Below are positions 31,201 to 39,979 of a DNA stretch of 64,000 nt, in pieces (the stretch's first letter is position 1; each line of letters opens with the position of its first letter). The translations under genes were made by a program, and so were the position numbers. Source of the DNA: Jatrophihabitans sp. (GTDB lineage: Bacteria; Actinomycetota; Actinomycetes; Mycobacteriales; Jatrophihabitantaceae); contig JBPCPA010000282.1 in NCBI GenBank assembly GCA_050999655.1, positions 1,942 to 65,941 on the forward strand, read 5' to 3'. The notes under the pieces are model-generated. The model ran no database searches and was not told the DNA's origin. It saw only the letters and a program-made list of their open reading frames with translations.

Positions 31201-32131
31201 GATGGTCGGCTCCTACGAACTCGGTGGTGGCTACCTGCGGGTCGAGCGCGCCAAGATCGGCAAGCGCGCCTTTCTCGGCAACTCCGGCACCACCGGACCC
31301 GGCCGTTCGGTGCCGAAGAACGCTTTGGTGGCGGTGCTGTCGGCCGCGCCGCACAAGGCCAGAAAGGGATCGTCGTGGTTGGGCAGCCCGCCGGTCCAGT
31401 TGCGCCGCTCGGCCAACCTGGCCGATGTGAGCCGGACCTTCTCGCCGTCATGGGCACTGCGGGTCGCCCGGGCCCTGATCGAGTTGTGCCGGGTGGTCGC
31501 GGTGATCTGCACCGCGGCCATCGCGGTGCTGGTGCTGCTGTGCCTGCAGGCGCTGGCGAACACGCTCGGCTTCGGCGCGGCGGCCGCGCTGGGCGGGCTG
31601 GTGCTGCTCGCGGCTGGGGCGCTGGCCGGGGCGCTCACCTGTGCTGTCAAGTGGCTGCTGGTGGGACGGACCAGGGCGGTTCGCTACCCCCTGTGGTCCT
31701 CGTTCGTGTGGCGTAACGAGGTGGTGGACAGCTTCGTCGAGATGGTCGCCGCGCCCTGGTTCGCGCGGGCCGCCACCGGCACCGCGGTGCTCAACCTCTG
31801 GCTGCGCTGCTTGGGTTCGGCGATCGGCCGCGGCGCCTGGTTGGAAACCTACTGGCTGCCCGAGGCCGACCTGATCGAGATCGGGCCGGGCGCGTCGGTC
31901 AACCGGGGGTGCGTGCTGCAGACCCACCTGTTCCATGATCGAATCCTGCAGATGGACACGGTGCTGCTCGGCGCCGGCGCAACCCTCGGCCCGCACAGCG
32001 TGATCCTGCCGGGCGCCTCGATCGGGTCCGGCGCCACGGTCGGGCCGTCCTCGCTGGTGATGCGAGGCGACACCGTACCGGAGCACAGCAGGTGGATCGG
32101 CAACCCGATCTCGCCGTGGAGGCAGCGTTGA
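28280..32131 (+). CDS. Pls/PosA-family membrane NRPS-like homopolyamide synthetase (A-T-TM/C-like tandem domains)
   Basis: A domain (FTSGSTGVPKG, YGPTE, YRSGD), T domain (FFAHGGGS), then TM helices alternating with three beta-helix-like domains. No C or TE domain. The start codon is uncertain (27935-28300). Confidence 0.9.
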   Translation: MPAKTGVAQLIRSAAAPPARTLIDIIAATAAAHPQAPALDDGHTSLTYSQLLRAARSRAGELVAAGVRRGDRVGLRLASGSCELYLSLLAILATGASYVPVDADDPDERARLVFGEAGVRTVLDAATVWQGGVAAGAPVDPEITDDAWIIFTSGSTGVPKGVAVSHRSAAAFVDAEARMFLQSRPIGPGDRVLAGLSVAFDASCEEIWLAWRHGGCLVPAPRSLVRGGVDLGAWLVSRRITVVSTVPTLAALWPIDSLDGVRLLIFGGESCPPELAERLVGPEREVWNTYGPTEATVVACAAELIEDGPVRIGLPLDGWDLAVLDQQQQPVAAGQVGELIIGGVGLARYLDPVRDGEKFAAMPSLGWDRAYRSGDLVRYEPDGLLFVGRADDQVKIGGRRIELGEVDAAMQRLPMVAGAAAAVRSTGSGNQILVGYLVLAPGARFDRSAALDQLRQQLPAPLVPTLAVLDSLPSRVSGKIDRDALPWPLPGVQVSATAAGLTGTEGWLAVQWASVLGASVGGPDDDFFAHGGGSLTAARLVSAMRERSPSITVADVYAHPRLADLAGLLDAAEPAATVVTRTVRPVSRTAQSVQVAVTAVVSTLAGLRWLTVLATADNVLAHSYPFSWAPTASWWWVGLGWLLLLSPLGRMGIAATGARLLLLRVRPGDYPRGGSVHLRLWSAERLADAVDAANLAGAPWIAYYARALGATVGRGVTLHTVPPITGMLVLGRDSSVEPEVDLAGYWLDGDVLHLGRITIGAGATVRSRSTLGPGAEIGRNAEISHGSWVTGPVPDGETWAGSPAVRLGRAEHRWPAAPPRKPWWLAGYGFTSVGLWLLPAVAALPAMWWARRCLGDAHALSTAAGRLLLAVPVAAIGWLASYALLTVLVVRLLGIGLRAGHHPVRSRLGWQVWATERILDSARSLLFPLYSSLVTPLWLRLLGADIGRGVEASTVLLLPKMTTVGDGAFLADDTMVGSYELGGGYLRVERAKIGKRAFLGNSGTTGPGRSVPKNALVAVLSAAPHKARKGSSWLGSPPVQLRRSANLADVSRTFSPSWALRVARALIELCRVVAVICTAAIAVLVLLCLQALANTLGFGAAAALGGLVLLAAGALAGALTCAVKWLLVGRTRAVRYPLWSSFVWRNEVVDSFVEMVAAPWFARAATGTAVLNLWLRCLGSAIGRGAWLETYWLPEADLIEIGPGASVNRGCVLQTHLFHDRILQMDTVLLGAGATLGPHSVILPGASIGSGATVGPSSLVMRGDTVPEHSRWIGNPISPWRQR

Positions 32132-33450
32132 GCAGCACCGGGATCGGTGATCGCTACCTGCCGGCCAGCGGCAATCCCGGCTACCGGGTGCACCACTACG
32201 ACCTCACCCTGAACTACCGGGTCGGCACCAACCGGCTGACCGGGCGGGCCAGCCTGACCGCGACGGCCGACCAGCCGCTCAGCAGCTTCAGCCTGGACCT
32301 GGTGGGGCTGAAGGTGGCCAAGGTGTCGGTGGACGGATCCCGGGCGGCGAAGTTCAGCACCGGGCGCGACAAGCTGACCATCCGGCCGTCGACGCCGGTG
32401 CCGGCCGGGGCCCGGTTCACCATCGACGTCCAGTACGAGGGGCACCCCGAGCCGCGGCCGGGGCCTTGGGGCGAGCTGGGTTGGGAGGAACTCACCGACG
32501 GGGTGATCGTGGCCGGCCAGCCGGACGGCGCTCCGACCTGGTTCCCGTGCAACGACCACCCCAGCCAGAAGTCGACCTATCGGGTGGCGGTCACCACCGA
32601 GTCGGCCTACCGGGTGGTGGCCTGCGGGGTGCTCAGCTCGCACACCACCCGTGCCAGCCAGAGCACCTGGGTCTTCGAGCAGCCCGATCCGATGGCGAGC
32701 TACCTGGCGACGATCCAGATCGGCCGGTATGAGCTGATCGAGCTGGCGGTCGGCCCGGTGCCGCAGCGAGCCGCGGTACCCGATCGGCTCCGAGCCGCCT
32801 GCCGGACGGACCTGTCCCGGCAGCCGCAAATGCTGGAGACCTTCGTCCGGCTGTTCGGGCCCTACCCGCACCCGGAGTACGTCGTGGTCGTCACCGACGA
32901 CGAGCTGGAGATTCCCCTGGAATCACAAGGGGTGTCGGTGTTCGGTGCCAATCACATGGACGGCCGGCGCGGCTCCGAACGGCTGATCGCACACGAGTTG
33001 GCTCACCAGTGGTTCGGCAACAGCGTCACCGTCCGCGCCTGGCAGCACATCTGGCTCAACGAGGGATTCGCTTGCTACGCCGAGTGGTTGTGGTCAGAGA
33101 ACTCCGGCGGCCCGGCGGCTGACCGGACCGCACAGCTGGCCCGGCAGCGTCTCGCCGACCTGCCGCAGGATCTGCTGATCGGCGATCCCGGCCCGCAGCT
33201 GATGTTCGATGACCGGCTCTACCAACGTGGCGCGCTGACCCTGCATGCGCTGCGGTTGGCGCAGGGCGACGCCAGCTTCTTTTCCATGTTGCGGGCCTGG
33301 ACCGAGCTCAACCGGCACCGCACGGTGACCACCGACATGTTCATCGAACATGCCGGCCGGTTCAGCGATCCGCCGGTGGCCGAGCTGTTCGACCGCTGGC
33401 TGTGGCTGGCCGAACTGCCGGAGTTGCCGGCCCCCGATCGGCGCCGCTGA
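32128..33450 (+). CDS. M1 family zinc metallopeptidase
   Basis: HELAHQWFGN...WLNEGFA (HEXXH-x18-E) and YQRG. The TTG start overlaps the synthetase TGA and has a GGAGG SD. Confidence 0.92.
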   Translation: MSSTGIGDRYLPASGNPGYRVHHYDLTLNYRVGTNRLTGRASLTATADQPLSSFSLDLVGLKVAKVSVDGSRAAKFSTGRDKLTIRPSTPVPAGARFTIDVQYEGHPEPRPGPWGELGWEELTDGVIVAGQPDGAPTWFPCNDHPSQKSTYRVAVTTESAYRVVACGVLSSHTTRASQSTWVFEQPDPMASYLATIQIGRYELIELAVGPVPQRAAVPDRLRAACRTDLSRQPQMLETFVRLFGPYPHPEYVVVVTDDELEIPLESQGVSVFGANHMDGRRGSERLIAHELAHQWFGNSVTVRAWQHIWLNEGFACYAEWLWSENSGGPAADRTAQLARQRLADLPQDLLIGDPGPQLMFDDRLYQRGALTLHALRLAQGDASFFSMLRAWTELNRHRTVTTDMFIEHAGRFSDPPVAELFDRWLWLAELPELPAPDRRR

Positions 33451-33572
33451 GCTCCGTCGCCGGGCCGCCCGTCCGGGCGCTTTTGGTCAGTGCCAGACGT
33501 TGATGTAGCGGTTTCTCCTGCCGTGCCGTGGTTGCCGCCGATGCTGTACGGGGCGGCGATGGCGCGGTTACC

Positions 33573-34046
33573 GTGACGGACGTGGAAGCGACGATCTCGA
33601 AAACAGTGACGATCGCCGCCGACGCCGACCTGGTCTGGTCGCTGGTGACCGACCTGCCGCGGATGGGCGAGTTCAGCCCGGAGAATCTCGGCGGTCGCTG
33701 GGTCGGTGGTGCCGACGGGCCAGCCGTCGGGGCGCGGTTCCGGGGTGTCAACCACAACGGCGACAAGCGTTGGAAGACTTTCTCGACCGTGGTCGAGTAC
33801 GTGCCCGGCATGTTGCTGACCTTCGACGTGCGCACCTCGTTCGGATTGCGCGTGTCACGCTGGTCCTACCAGGTGGAACCCACCGAGGCCGGTTGCCGAC
33901 TCACCGAACGCTGGTATCGCGTCGGCAACCTGATGGTCCAACGCTATCTCGGTCCGCGGGTCACCGGACGGACCGACCGCCCCGGCTTCAACGTCGAGTC
34001 GATCGAGCACACCCTCGCGGCCGTGAAGGCCCGGGCCGAGCAGTAG
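33573..34046 (+). CDS. SRPBCC (polyketide cyclase-like) family protein
   Basis: VWSLVTDLPRMGEFSPE...GARFRGVN...W pattern. Confidence 0.85.
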   Translation: MTDVEATISKTVTIAADADLVWSLVTDLPRMGEFSPENLGGRWVGGADGPAVGARFRGVNHNGDKRWKTFSTVVEYVPGMLLTFDVRTSFGLRVSRWSYQVEPTEAGCRLTERWYRVGNLMVQRYLGPRVTGRTDRPGFNVESIEHTLAAVKARAEQ

Positions 34047-34139
34047 CCCGTCGACCTCGCCACTACTCGGCCCTGCCGAGCAGCCGTAGCTCGTAGAGCG
34101 CCGCCCCAGCTGGTAGGCGCTGAACCGCGCTTGCCGGAT

Positions 34140-34853
34140 TCAGCTGAGATGCAGCAGGGCCGCCGCGGCGCCGTCTCCCACGCCCGGATCGGGATTGCCG
34201 GCCACGTCGTTGGCCCGGGCGGCTGCCTCGCACATCTGGCCCACCCGGTTGCGCAACTGCGCGAGCACCTCGGCATCATGGGTCTCCAGGTACTGGGCCA
34301 GCAACGGCCCCACCTCCGCGCCGGTGTTGTAGACGGCAGCGGCCGCCGCAAGCTGGGACTCGTTTGCCAGGTTCTGAAAGGCTTGAACGTCTTCCATGAA
34401 CGTGGGGTAGACGTTGGCGACCGCCTGCACGTCGTCCTCGTCCTCCTCGCCGTTGAACGCCTCCACCGCGCGCGCGATCTCGGCGGCGATGCTGTTGAAC
34501 CGGGCGGCGAAGCTCAGCCGAGCCTCGCGCCGCTCCTCCGCGCTCGGACCGTCCCCGGTGGCGCCCTCGAACAACTGCTCGCGTACCTTGCGCTCGAACA
34601 CCGCGCGCAACGCGTCATCGCTGAGAGCGGCGAGCCGATGCGGGTCGTTCTCGGGTAGCGACCAGATCCAGGCGAAGAACGCGTCCTCGCCGGCGTCGGC
34701 GAGATACTGCCTGGTTGCCGGCAGGAACTGAGCCGGGCCGGCAAGGTGGACGTCCATCGCGGCCTGGTCCGGTGCGTCCAGGTATCCACGCACCTCCCGT
34801 TGCAGGTCTGCGGGCAGGCGACTCAGTAAGTCGTCGGCGTTCTGTGGCTGCAT
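34140..34853 (-). CDS. hypothetical acidic alpha-helical protein
   Basis: Strong SD (AGGAGG) before ATG at 34853. No recognisable family. Confidence 0.65.
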   Translation of the reverse strand: MQPQNADDLLSRLPADLQREVRGYLDAPDQAAMDVHLAGPAQFLPATRQYLADAGEDAFFAWIWSLPENDPHRLAALSDDALRAVFERKVREQLFEGATGDGPSAEERREARLSFAARFNSIAAEIARAVEAFNGEEDEDDVQAVANVYPTFMEDVQAFQNLANESQLAAAAAVYNTGAEVGPLLAQYLETHDAEVLAQLRNRVGQMCEAAARANDVAGNPDPGVGDGAAAALLHLS

Positions 34854-35182
34854 ATGTCCTCCTAGTAGGGCTGTGGGGACATTCTGGGCGGGCGCCTTCA
34901 CCGGCGACCATGACCGGACGGGCCCCCGAAACGGGCAGTGGTGGTTGCCTCAAGGTGCAGGAGCAGCCAGCACGAACTGTTGCCGGCAGGATCAGCACAC
35001 TCACCCGGCCGGCAGCGGCCAGCGCAGTGCGAGCACCGCGGATGGTGAGCAATGCGGCGGTGATCTCGGTCCGCGGCCGGTGTTACGGTGCGGACATCGG
35101 TGCTGTAACCGCGAAGAAGCATCGCCGAAGGCAGCCCGGAGCCTCGCCGATACCGACGGACGTCCGATTGCGGGGTGATGAT

Positions 35183-36208
35183 GTGGCGTACCTGCGACTG
35201 ATCGACACGCACGAGGCGGACGGCGACCTTCTGGCCGCATATCAGGCGATGGCCGCTCGTCCGATGCCGTCGGTGTACCAGCCAGAGCACGGTGGCGCGC
35301 CTGGGATCATCCGAGCGCATTCCCTCGACCCCGAGTTGCTGCGACGTACCTTCGCTGTTTCGGGCTCGCTGAGCAACGACCTGCTTGCCTGGCAATCCCG
35401 AGAACTGATCAATGCCGTGACCTCGCGGGAGAACGAGTGCTTCTATTGAACGACCGCTCACGCGGAGTTTCTGCGTGTAGCAAGCGGCGATGAGACCGTT
35501 AGCCGCAACATCGTCCTGGGGCAGACCTCTGATCAGCTCTCACCTCAGGATGCCGGCCTGGTGGATTTCGCCCGATCGTTGACGGCTCGCCCCTGGACGA
35601 TCGGACCTGCCGATATTCAGCGGCTGTCCGCAGTGGGGTTGTCCCGCGAATCGATCGTCCTCGTCATCGGCCTGGTCGCCATGTTCAACTACCTCACCCG
35701 GGTAGCCGACGGCACCGGGATCGAGGCAGATTACGGAGCCGTCCTTCCGCGGTTCGTCTATCGCGGCGTCACCGAGTCGGCCGGGCGACCTGAGCCGGCA
35801 CAGTGGCCGCCAGTCGGGGACTCCCTCGAACTCCTCACGCTGTTGCCTGGCGTGCATGAGGCGTGGTGTCGCTGGCGCGACTACGTAGTAGACGGCCTCG
35901 GCCAGTTGTCACCGGCAACCCGGCTCCAGCTTCGGACGATAGCGGCCAGAAATGCCTGCGACAGTGTCCTCGGACTGGTTGATACGGCCGATCCGGCGCG
36001 GACCGAGCCGTGCGCCCTGGCAGACTTCGCGGGAAAGCTGAGCCGGACACCGTGGCTCACGACCTCGTCGGACGTCGACACGCTGCGTTCGATGGGCATG
36101 AACGATCTTTCCATCCTTCACGCCATCGCCGTCGTCGCCTATCAGTCGGCTGAATCGCGTCTACGCATTGGACTGTCTGCCCTCAGCAGTTCCGGAATCT
36201 CAACCTAG
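35183..36208 (+). CDS. AhpD/carboxymuconolactone decarboxylase-like peroxidase, probable selenoprotein (TGA 35447-35449 = Sec89)
   Basis: Two track ORFs (ending 35449 and starting 35561) are in one frame with 37 sense codons between them. Read-through gives SRENECFY-U-TTAH, the AhpD SxxNxCxYCxxxH motif. Confidence 0.72.
35454..35487 (+). promoter_or_regulatory. bacterial SECIS-like hairpin
   Basis: CCGCT-CACGCGGA-GTT-TCTGCGTG-(TAGCA)-AGCGG. The apical loop starts with GU, 17 nt after the TGA. Confidence 0.6.
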
Positions 36209-36452
36209 GTAACGACCGGGCAGGCGAAGGTGACGGCTGCGCCGCTTAGGGAATGGCCGCCACGCCGGGCGCGCTCTTGGCTGCCACCGGCAACCCACCA
36301 GAGTGGCTAGCCTGCCCATTGCCACCCGATCGATACTCGACGTTGTTGGCAAATGCCACAGACGCGCGGCTTCCTCAGTTCGAGATCGGCATGCTCTTTC
36401 GCAATTACCGTCGACCCCCTACGCTACGTGCCAGCGGCCGGGAGGACACATC

Positions 36453-37067
36453 ATGACCGAACCCTTCGTCGAAGACGTCCCGCCAGAATCGCTGCCAGAG
36501 CCGACGCATCAAGGATCCGATGATGTGCTCGGTGAGTGGACGTCTGACAGCGATCTGCCTGATGGCGGAAGCGAAAATGTCCAAGCGATCGAGTTCTCCG
36601 CGATGGGCAGCTCTGCAGGCTCGGCTGCTGTGGCCAATGCCCGGACGCAGGCGGGCGTATCCGAGCAACCCCCTGGGTCGAACTGCGGGGTACCGCACGA
36701 CCGCTACGTCGTCTGGATCGCCGGGGCCGGAGTGGGGTGTGTGCCGTGGTGTGCCTACTTCGTCGGCTGGGCGTTCGACACGAGTTCGCTCGGGAATCAC
36801 GATCATCGCTCCCCTTGGGGCAATTCTGGATATGTTCCATGGATCTACCAGTGGGCCCGCAATCACAACAAGATCGTGTCGAGGCCCGAGCACGGTGACG
36901 TTTTCTTCCTCAACCCGACCGATCCGCAGCATTCGCACATGGGTCTCGTCGCTGGCGCCGACCCCGTGGCCGGCACCATATATACCTGCGAGGGAAACTG
37001 GAGCGATCGAGTGCTGAGCCAAGTGCGGGCGTACCGGTCAGGTGTCTACACGTTTGCCCGAATCTGA
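36453..37067 (+). CDS. CHAP-domain (NlpC/P60-like) peptidoglycan hydrolase with acidic N-terminus
   Basis: PWCAYFVGW (Cys), GDVFF, SHMGLV (His) and EGN motifs. GGAGG SD before ATG at 36453. Confidence 0.8.
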   Translation: MTEPFVEDVPPESLPEPTHQGSDDVLGEWTSDSDLPDGGSENVQAIEFSAMGSSAGSAAVANARTQAGVSEQPPGSNCGVPHDRYVVWIAGAGVGCVPWCAYFVGWAFDTSSLGNHDHRSPWGNSGYVPWIYQWARNHNKIVSRPEHGDVFFLNPTDPQHSHMGLVAGADPVAGTIYTCEGNWSDRVLSQVRAYRSGVYTFARI

Positions 37068-37087
37068 GTGTCGGGACATCGAGCATC

Positions 37088-37798
37088 ATGACCTATGTCG
37101 AGCACTTTGTGAAGGCGGCAAAGTACAGCGGTTACGTCATTCTGCCGACCCTGGGCGCAGGTCAATCGCCTATGGCTCAGGCCCTGTCAGCGGCTCGGTC
37201 GAAACTGACCTCGCTCAGCCGGAATGCCAACTGGGACGCGATCACCGAGCATGTCAGTTCGCTTCAGGGCGCCGGGATAGCCGCAGTCGGCTTCGAACAC
37301 GCTGGTTGGACGGCTCGCGAGCAGGGGTTTCATGTGCTAGCCCTACGGCAGCCTCCGAACGTCGACATCCGGCGGGAGCAGGCGTTCGTCGGATCGTTCG
37401 GTCCATGGCTGGACGAACTGAAGGGCCTGCTGCCCTCCTTCGCCCTGTCTGGGGACGCCCAAGCCGCCGTCACCTCCTTGGTGAGCGCAGCCGGTCTCGC
37501 AGATCCGTTGCTCAGTGCCGGACTCGCAGCAGTCTTGACCTTCGCGCAGAGCAGTGGATCGATCAAGTGCCTCTCCGTCGTGCCGGCGTCAAGCGCATCG
37601 GGAGATTTCGTGAAGCGTTGGCAGGCCACCGATCTGGTTTCTGAGCCGATGTTCCGTCCATGGATCATCGAATGGCTCTGGAACGTCGAGGACAACACGG
37701 TGCTGGAACCGGGGCACGGGCCGGGCGAAAGAAGTGACCGAACCCTGTTCGGAGGCGCCAAAGGCCTGCAGAACGCGCTGATGGTGACAGGAGGCTAG
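37088..37798 (+). CDS. hypothetical protein
   Basis: 236-aa ORF 20 nt downstream of the CHAP gene. No family recognised. Confidence 0.6.
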   Translation: MTYVEHFVKAAKYSGYVILPTLGAGQSPMAQALSAARSKLTSLSRNANWDAITEHVSSLQGAGIAAVGFEHAGWTAREQGFHVLALRQPPNVDIRREQAFVGSFGPWLDELKGLLPSFALSGDAQAAVTSLVSAAGLADPLLSAGLAAVLTFAQSSGSIKCLSVVPASSASGDFVKRWQATDLVSEPMFRPWIIEWLWNVEDNTVLEPGHGPGERSDRTLFGGAKGLQNALMVTGG

Positions 37799-37853
37799 CC
37801 CGGATGCGGTCGATCTATGCCACTGCCGCATGACTATCAGCATCGTTTCCCAG

Positions 37854-38252
37854 TCAAAACGAGCAGGCGTTCAGGTGATCGACCATCGAGACGAGATGGT
37901 GCGCCAACAGCAGAGCATCACCCTGAGTAAGTCGGAGCTGGTATGGCTGGAAGCCAGGGTCTGAACCGCACACACTCAACACAATCGAGGGCGTGGTGGA
38001 CTCATGGATGCCTGTTCGCTCCTGACCGAAGCGAAAGGGCTGCGCCACAAAGAGTTCCAGTGTCGAGACCCCGGACGATCCCACGCAGTCCACATGCTGA
38101 CTTCGCGAACGGCACTCGTCGTGGGGCAGGTGGATCTCCGCATCCGGGTAGCCGTCGTTGGCATTGGGGTGACCGCGGCCGTTGACGCACCAGGCCGCGC
38201 CATGGTCGTAGAGCCGACTGAGGTCGGCAGCGTCCGGCCAGGGTTTCGTCAT
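37854..38252 (-). CDS. phage/integrative-element hypothetical protein
   Basis: Coupled (ATGA) to the upstream HTH gene. The P.WC...H...H pattern is typical of small actinophage/AICE genes. Confidence 0.6.
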   Translation of the reverse strand: MTKPWPDAADLSRLYDHGAAWCVNGRGHPNANDGYPDAEIHLPHDECRSRSQHVDCVGSSGVSTLELFVAQPFRFGQERTGIHESTTPSIVLSVCGSDPGFQPYQLRLTQGDALLLAHHLVSMVDHLNACSF

Positions 38253-38509
38253 TGCTGATTCTTCTTAGCTGCGAGGCGATCGATGGCGGCCTGCTCGACT
38301 CGGGTGTCAGCAGCGAACAGCGTGGCCACCGGGCAGCCGAGCGCGCGAGTAATCGCAACCGCGGTGGTGAGCGAGCAGGAGACGCGGCGACCGGTCATCA
38401 GGTGATTCACCGTCGAGTGGCTGAGGTTGGCGCGGCGAGAGAGTTCGCGCTCGGAGATCCCGAGTTCTTCGATCAGCGAAACGAAGATGAGGCGGTTACG
38501 CAGTTGCAT
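38249..38509 (-). CDS. XRE/Cro-like HTH protein
   Basis: LGISERELSRRANLSHSTVNHLMTGRR..CS...A.AI..ALG HTH. Confidence 0.85.
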   Translation of the reverse strand: MQLRNRLIFVSLIEELGISERELSRRANLSHSTVNHLMTGRRVSCSLTTAVAITRALGCPVATLFAADTRVEQAAIDRLAAKKNQQ

Positions 38510-38770
38510 CGCGGGCCCCCGACCGGAGCCGGCGCGTGCGAGTCTGGGAGCTGTTCAGGCTGCCTGCGCGGGCGCAGCCACATGCCACAATATGGAGTGT
38601 CACTCGGTGTTCTCCTCGACTGGAGCGTTGGGTGGCAGAAAGGCCCGCCGGGGGTGCCAGCCCCCGGCGGTGCCATGAAAAACAGTCTATCGCAAGTCGA
38701 TGCGACGTGCGATAGGCTGCGGCCTTCGGGTTATCAGGTCGTCATCGCTGTCGAGCGAAGGAGCAGGCGC

Positions 38771-39301
38771 GTGTCCAAACTGTCGGACTACCTGAACGCG
38801 CACGTGCCCGCCGGCTGGTCCAAGATCCAGGTGGTCCAGGCCCTCGAAGGTCGGGTCGATCGAGCCACGGTCTATCGCTATCTATCCGGCCATCACCCGC
38901 AGCGGCCGAGCGAGGCCGTCCTCGAAGCTTTCGCCGCATGCCTGCCCGGCGTCTCGATCACCGAGTTGCGGGCCGTCCTTGGCGCCGCCGTCGGTGAGGA
39001 AGAGCCGTGGATCCCAACGCCTGAAGCCAACCGGTTGAACTACGGACAGCGGTTGGCGCTCGACGCGTTCATCCGCGCCACGGTCGGCGCCCAAGATGAT
39101 GCCGGCACCGTCGACCTGATTCAGGAGCTGCTCGCCGAGCAGCAGCCCGCCCGGCTGCTGCAGCCGAAAACCCGAGCCGATCTTGAGGCCTACGCCGAGC
39201 AGCTCTATGCCTCCGGGCGGAGTGACCTCGGCGATCGGTTGACGGCGTCTCTAGCGACAAGCTCGGCCTCGCAGATCGCTAAGAGGTCGTCCAAGGATTG
39301 A
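38771..39301 (+). CDS. actinophage immunity-repressor-like HTH protein
   Basis: VDRATVYRYLSG HTH and the EPWIPTPEANRLNYGQRLALDAFIRA C-terminal motif. GTG start with GGAG SD; divergent from the Cro-like gene. Confidence 0.7.
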   Translation: MSKLSDYLNAHVPAGWSKIQVVQALEGRVDRATVYRYLSGHHPQRPSEAVLEAFAACLPGVSITELRAVLGAAVGEEEPWIPTPEANRLNYGQRLALDAFIRATVGAQDDAGTVDLIQELLAEQQPARLLQPKTRADLEAYAEQLYASGRSDLGDRLTASLATSSASQIAKRSSKD

Positions 39302-39431
39302 CCATCACGTGGCTTGGCCGCCACGGCAACGCTGCCGTCCACACCCTGATGGTGGAGTGCGGCCCGGACGCGGGCGGCCAGGGCGTCACCATTCACGTCT
39401 GGACAATCGACAAGGAGTAAGGCCAGACCAA

Positions 39432-39853
39432 GCCTCGCCGTCCTCCTCGGCGCAGCCGGCGTCGCGCTCGGCTGGAAACAAGCCGACCCGATCATCGGCC
39501 TCGTCATCACCGTCGCCATCCTCGGCGTCCTGCGGTCAGCGGTCCGCCAAGTCGGCGCCCGACTGATGGACGCCGTCGACCCCGCCCTCGTCGATCAAGC
39601 CACCGCCGCCGTCACTAGCGTCACCGGCATCAGCGGGGTCCGCGAACTGCGCATCCGCTGGATCGGCCACACCCTCCGCGCCGAAGCCGACGTCACCGTC
39701 AACCCCGACCTCTCACTCACCCAAGCGCACGACCTGGCCCACCATGCCGAAGCCCACCTCCTCGCCCAAGTCCGACGCCTCACCGCCGCCACCATCCACG
39801 CCAGTCCCGCCGGAGCCCATCAGCACGGGACCACAATCTCCGGCGACAGCTAA
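39432..39853 (+). pseudogene. 5'-truncated cation diffusion facilitator (CzcD-like)
   Basis: Only the last TM helices and the cytoplasmic domain remain: SLAVLLGAAGVALGW..ADPIIGLVI...RLMDAVDP...RIRWIGHTLRAE. Confidence 0.8.
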
Positions 39854-39979
39854 GGTCCGATCTCGCTGAGCGTGCTTCTCGCGAGCCTGAATTGGGTGCT
39901 GCCCCCGAACCCTGAGCGCCGAAGCCGCCGTGATGAGCGGCCCCGGCAACTAGGGAGTCCTTTACTGAACTTGGCTCGG

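Noticed and set aside
34047-34140. Left attachment site of the island
   Set aside because: No tRNA, interrupted gene or repeat matching the right end can be identified within the window, so the boundary is left approximate.
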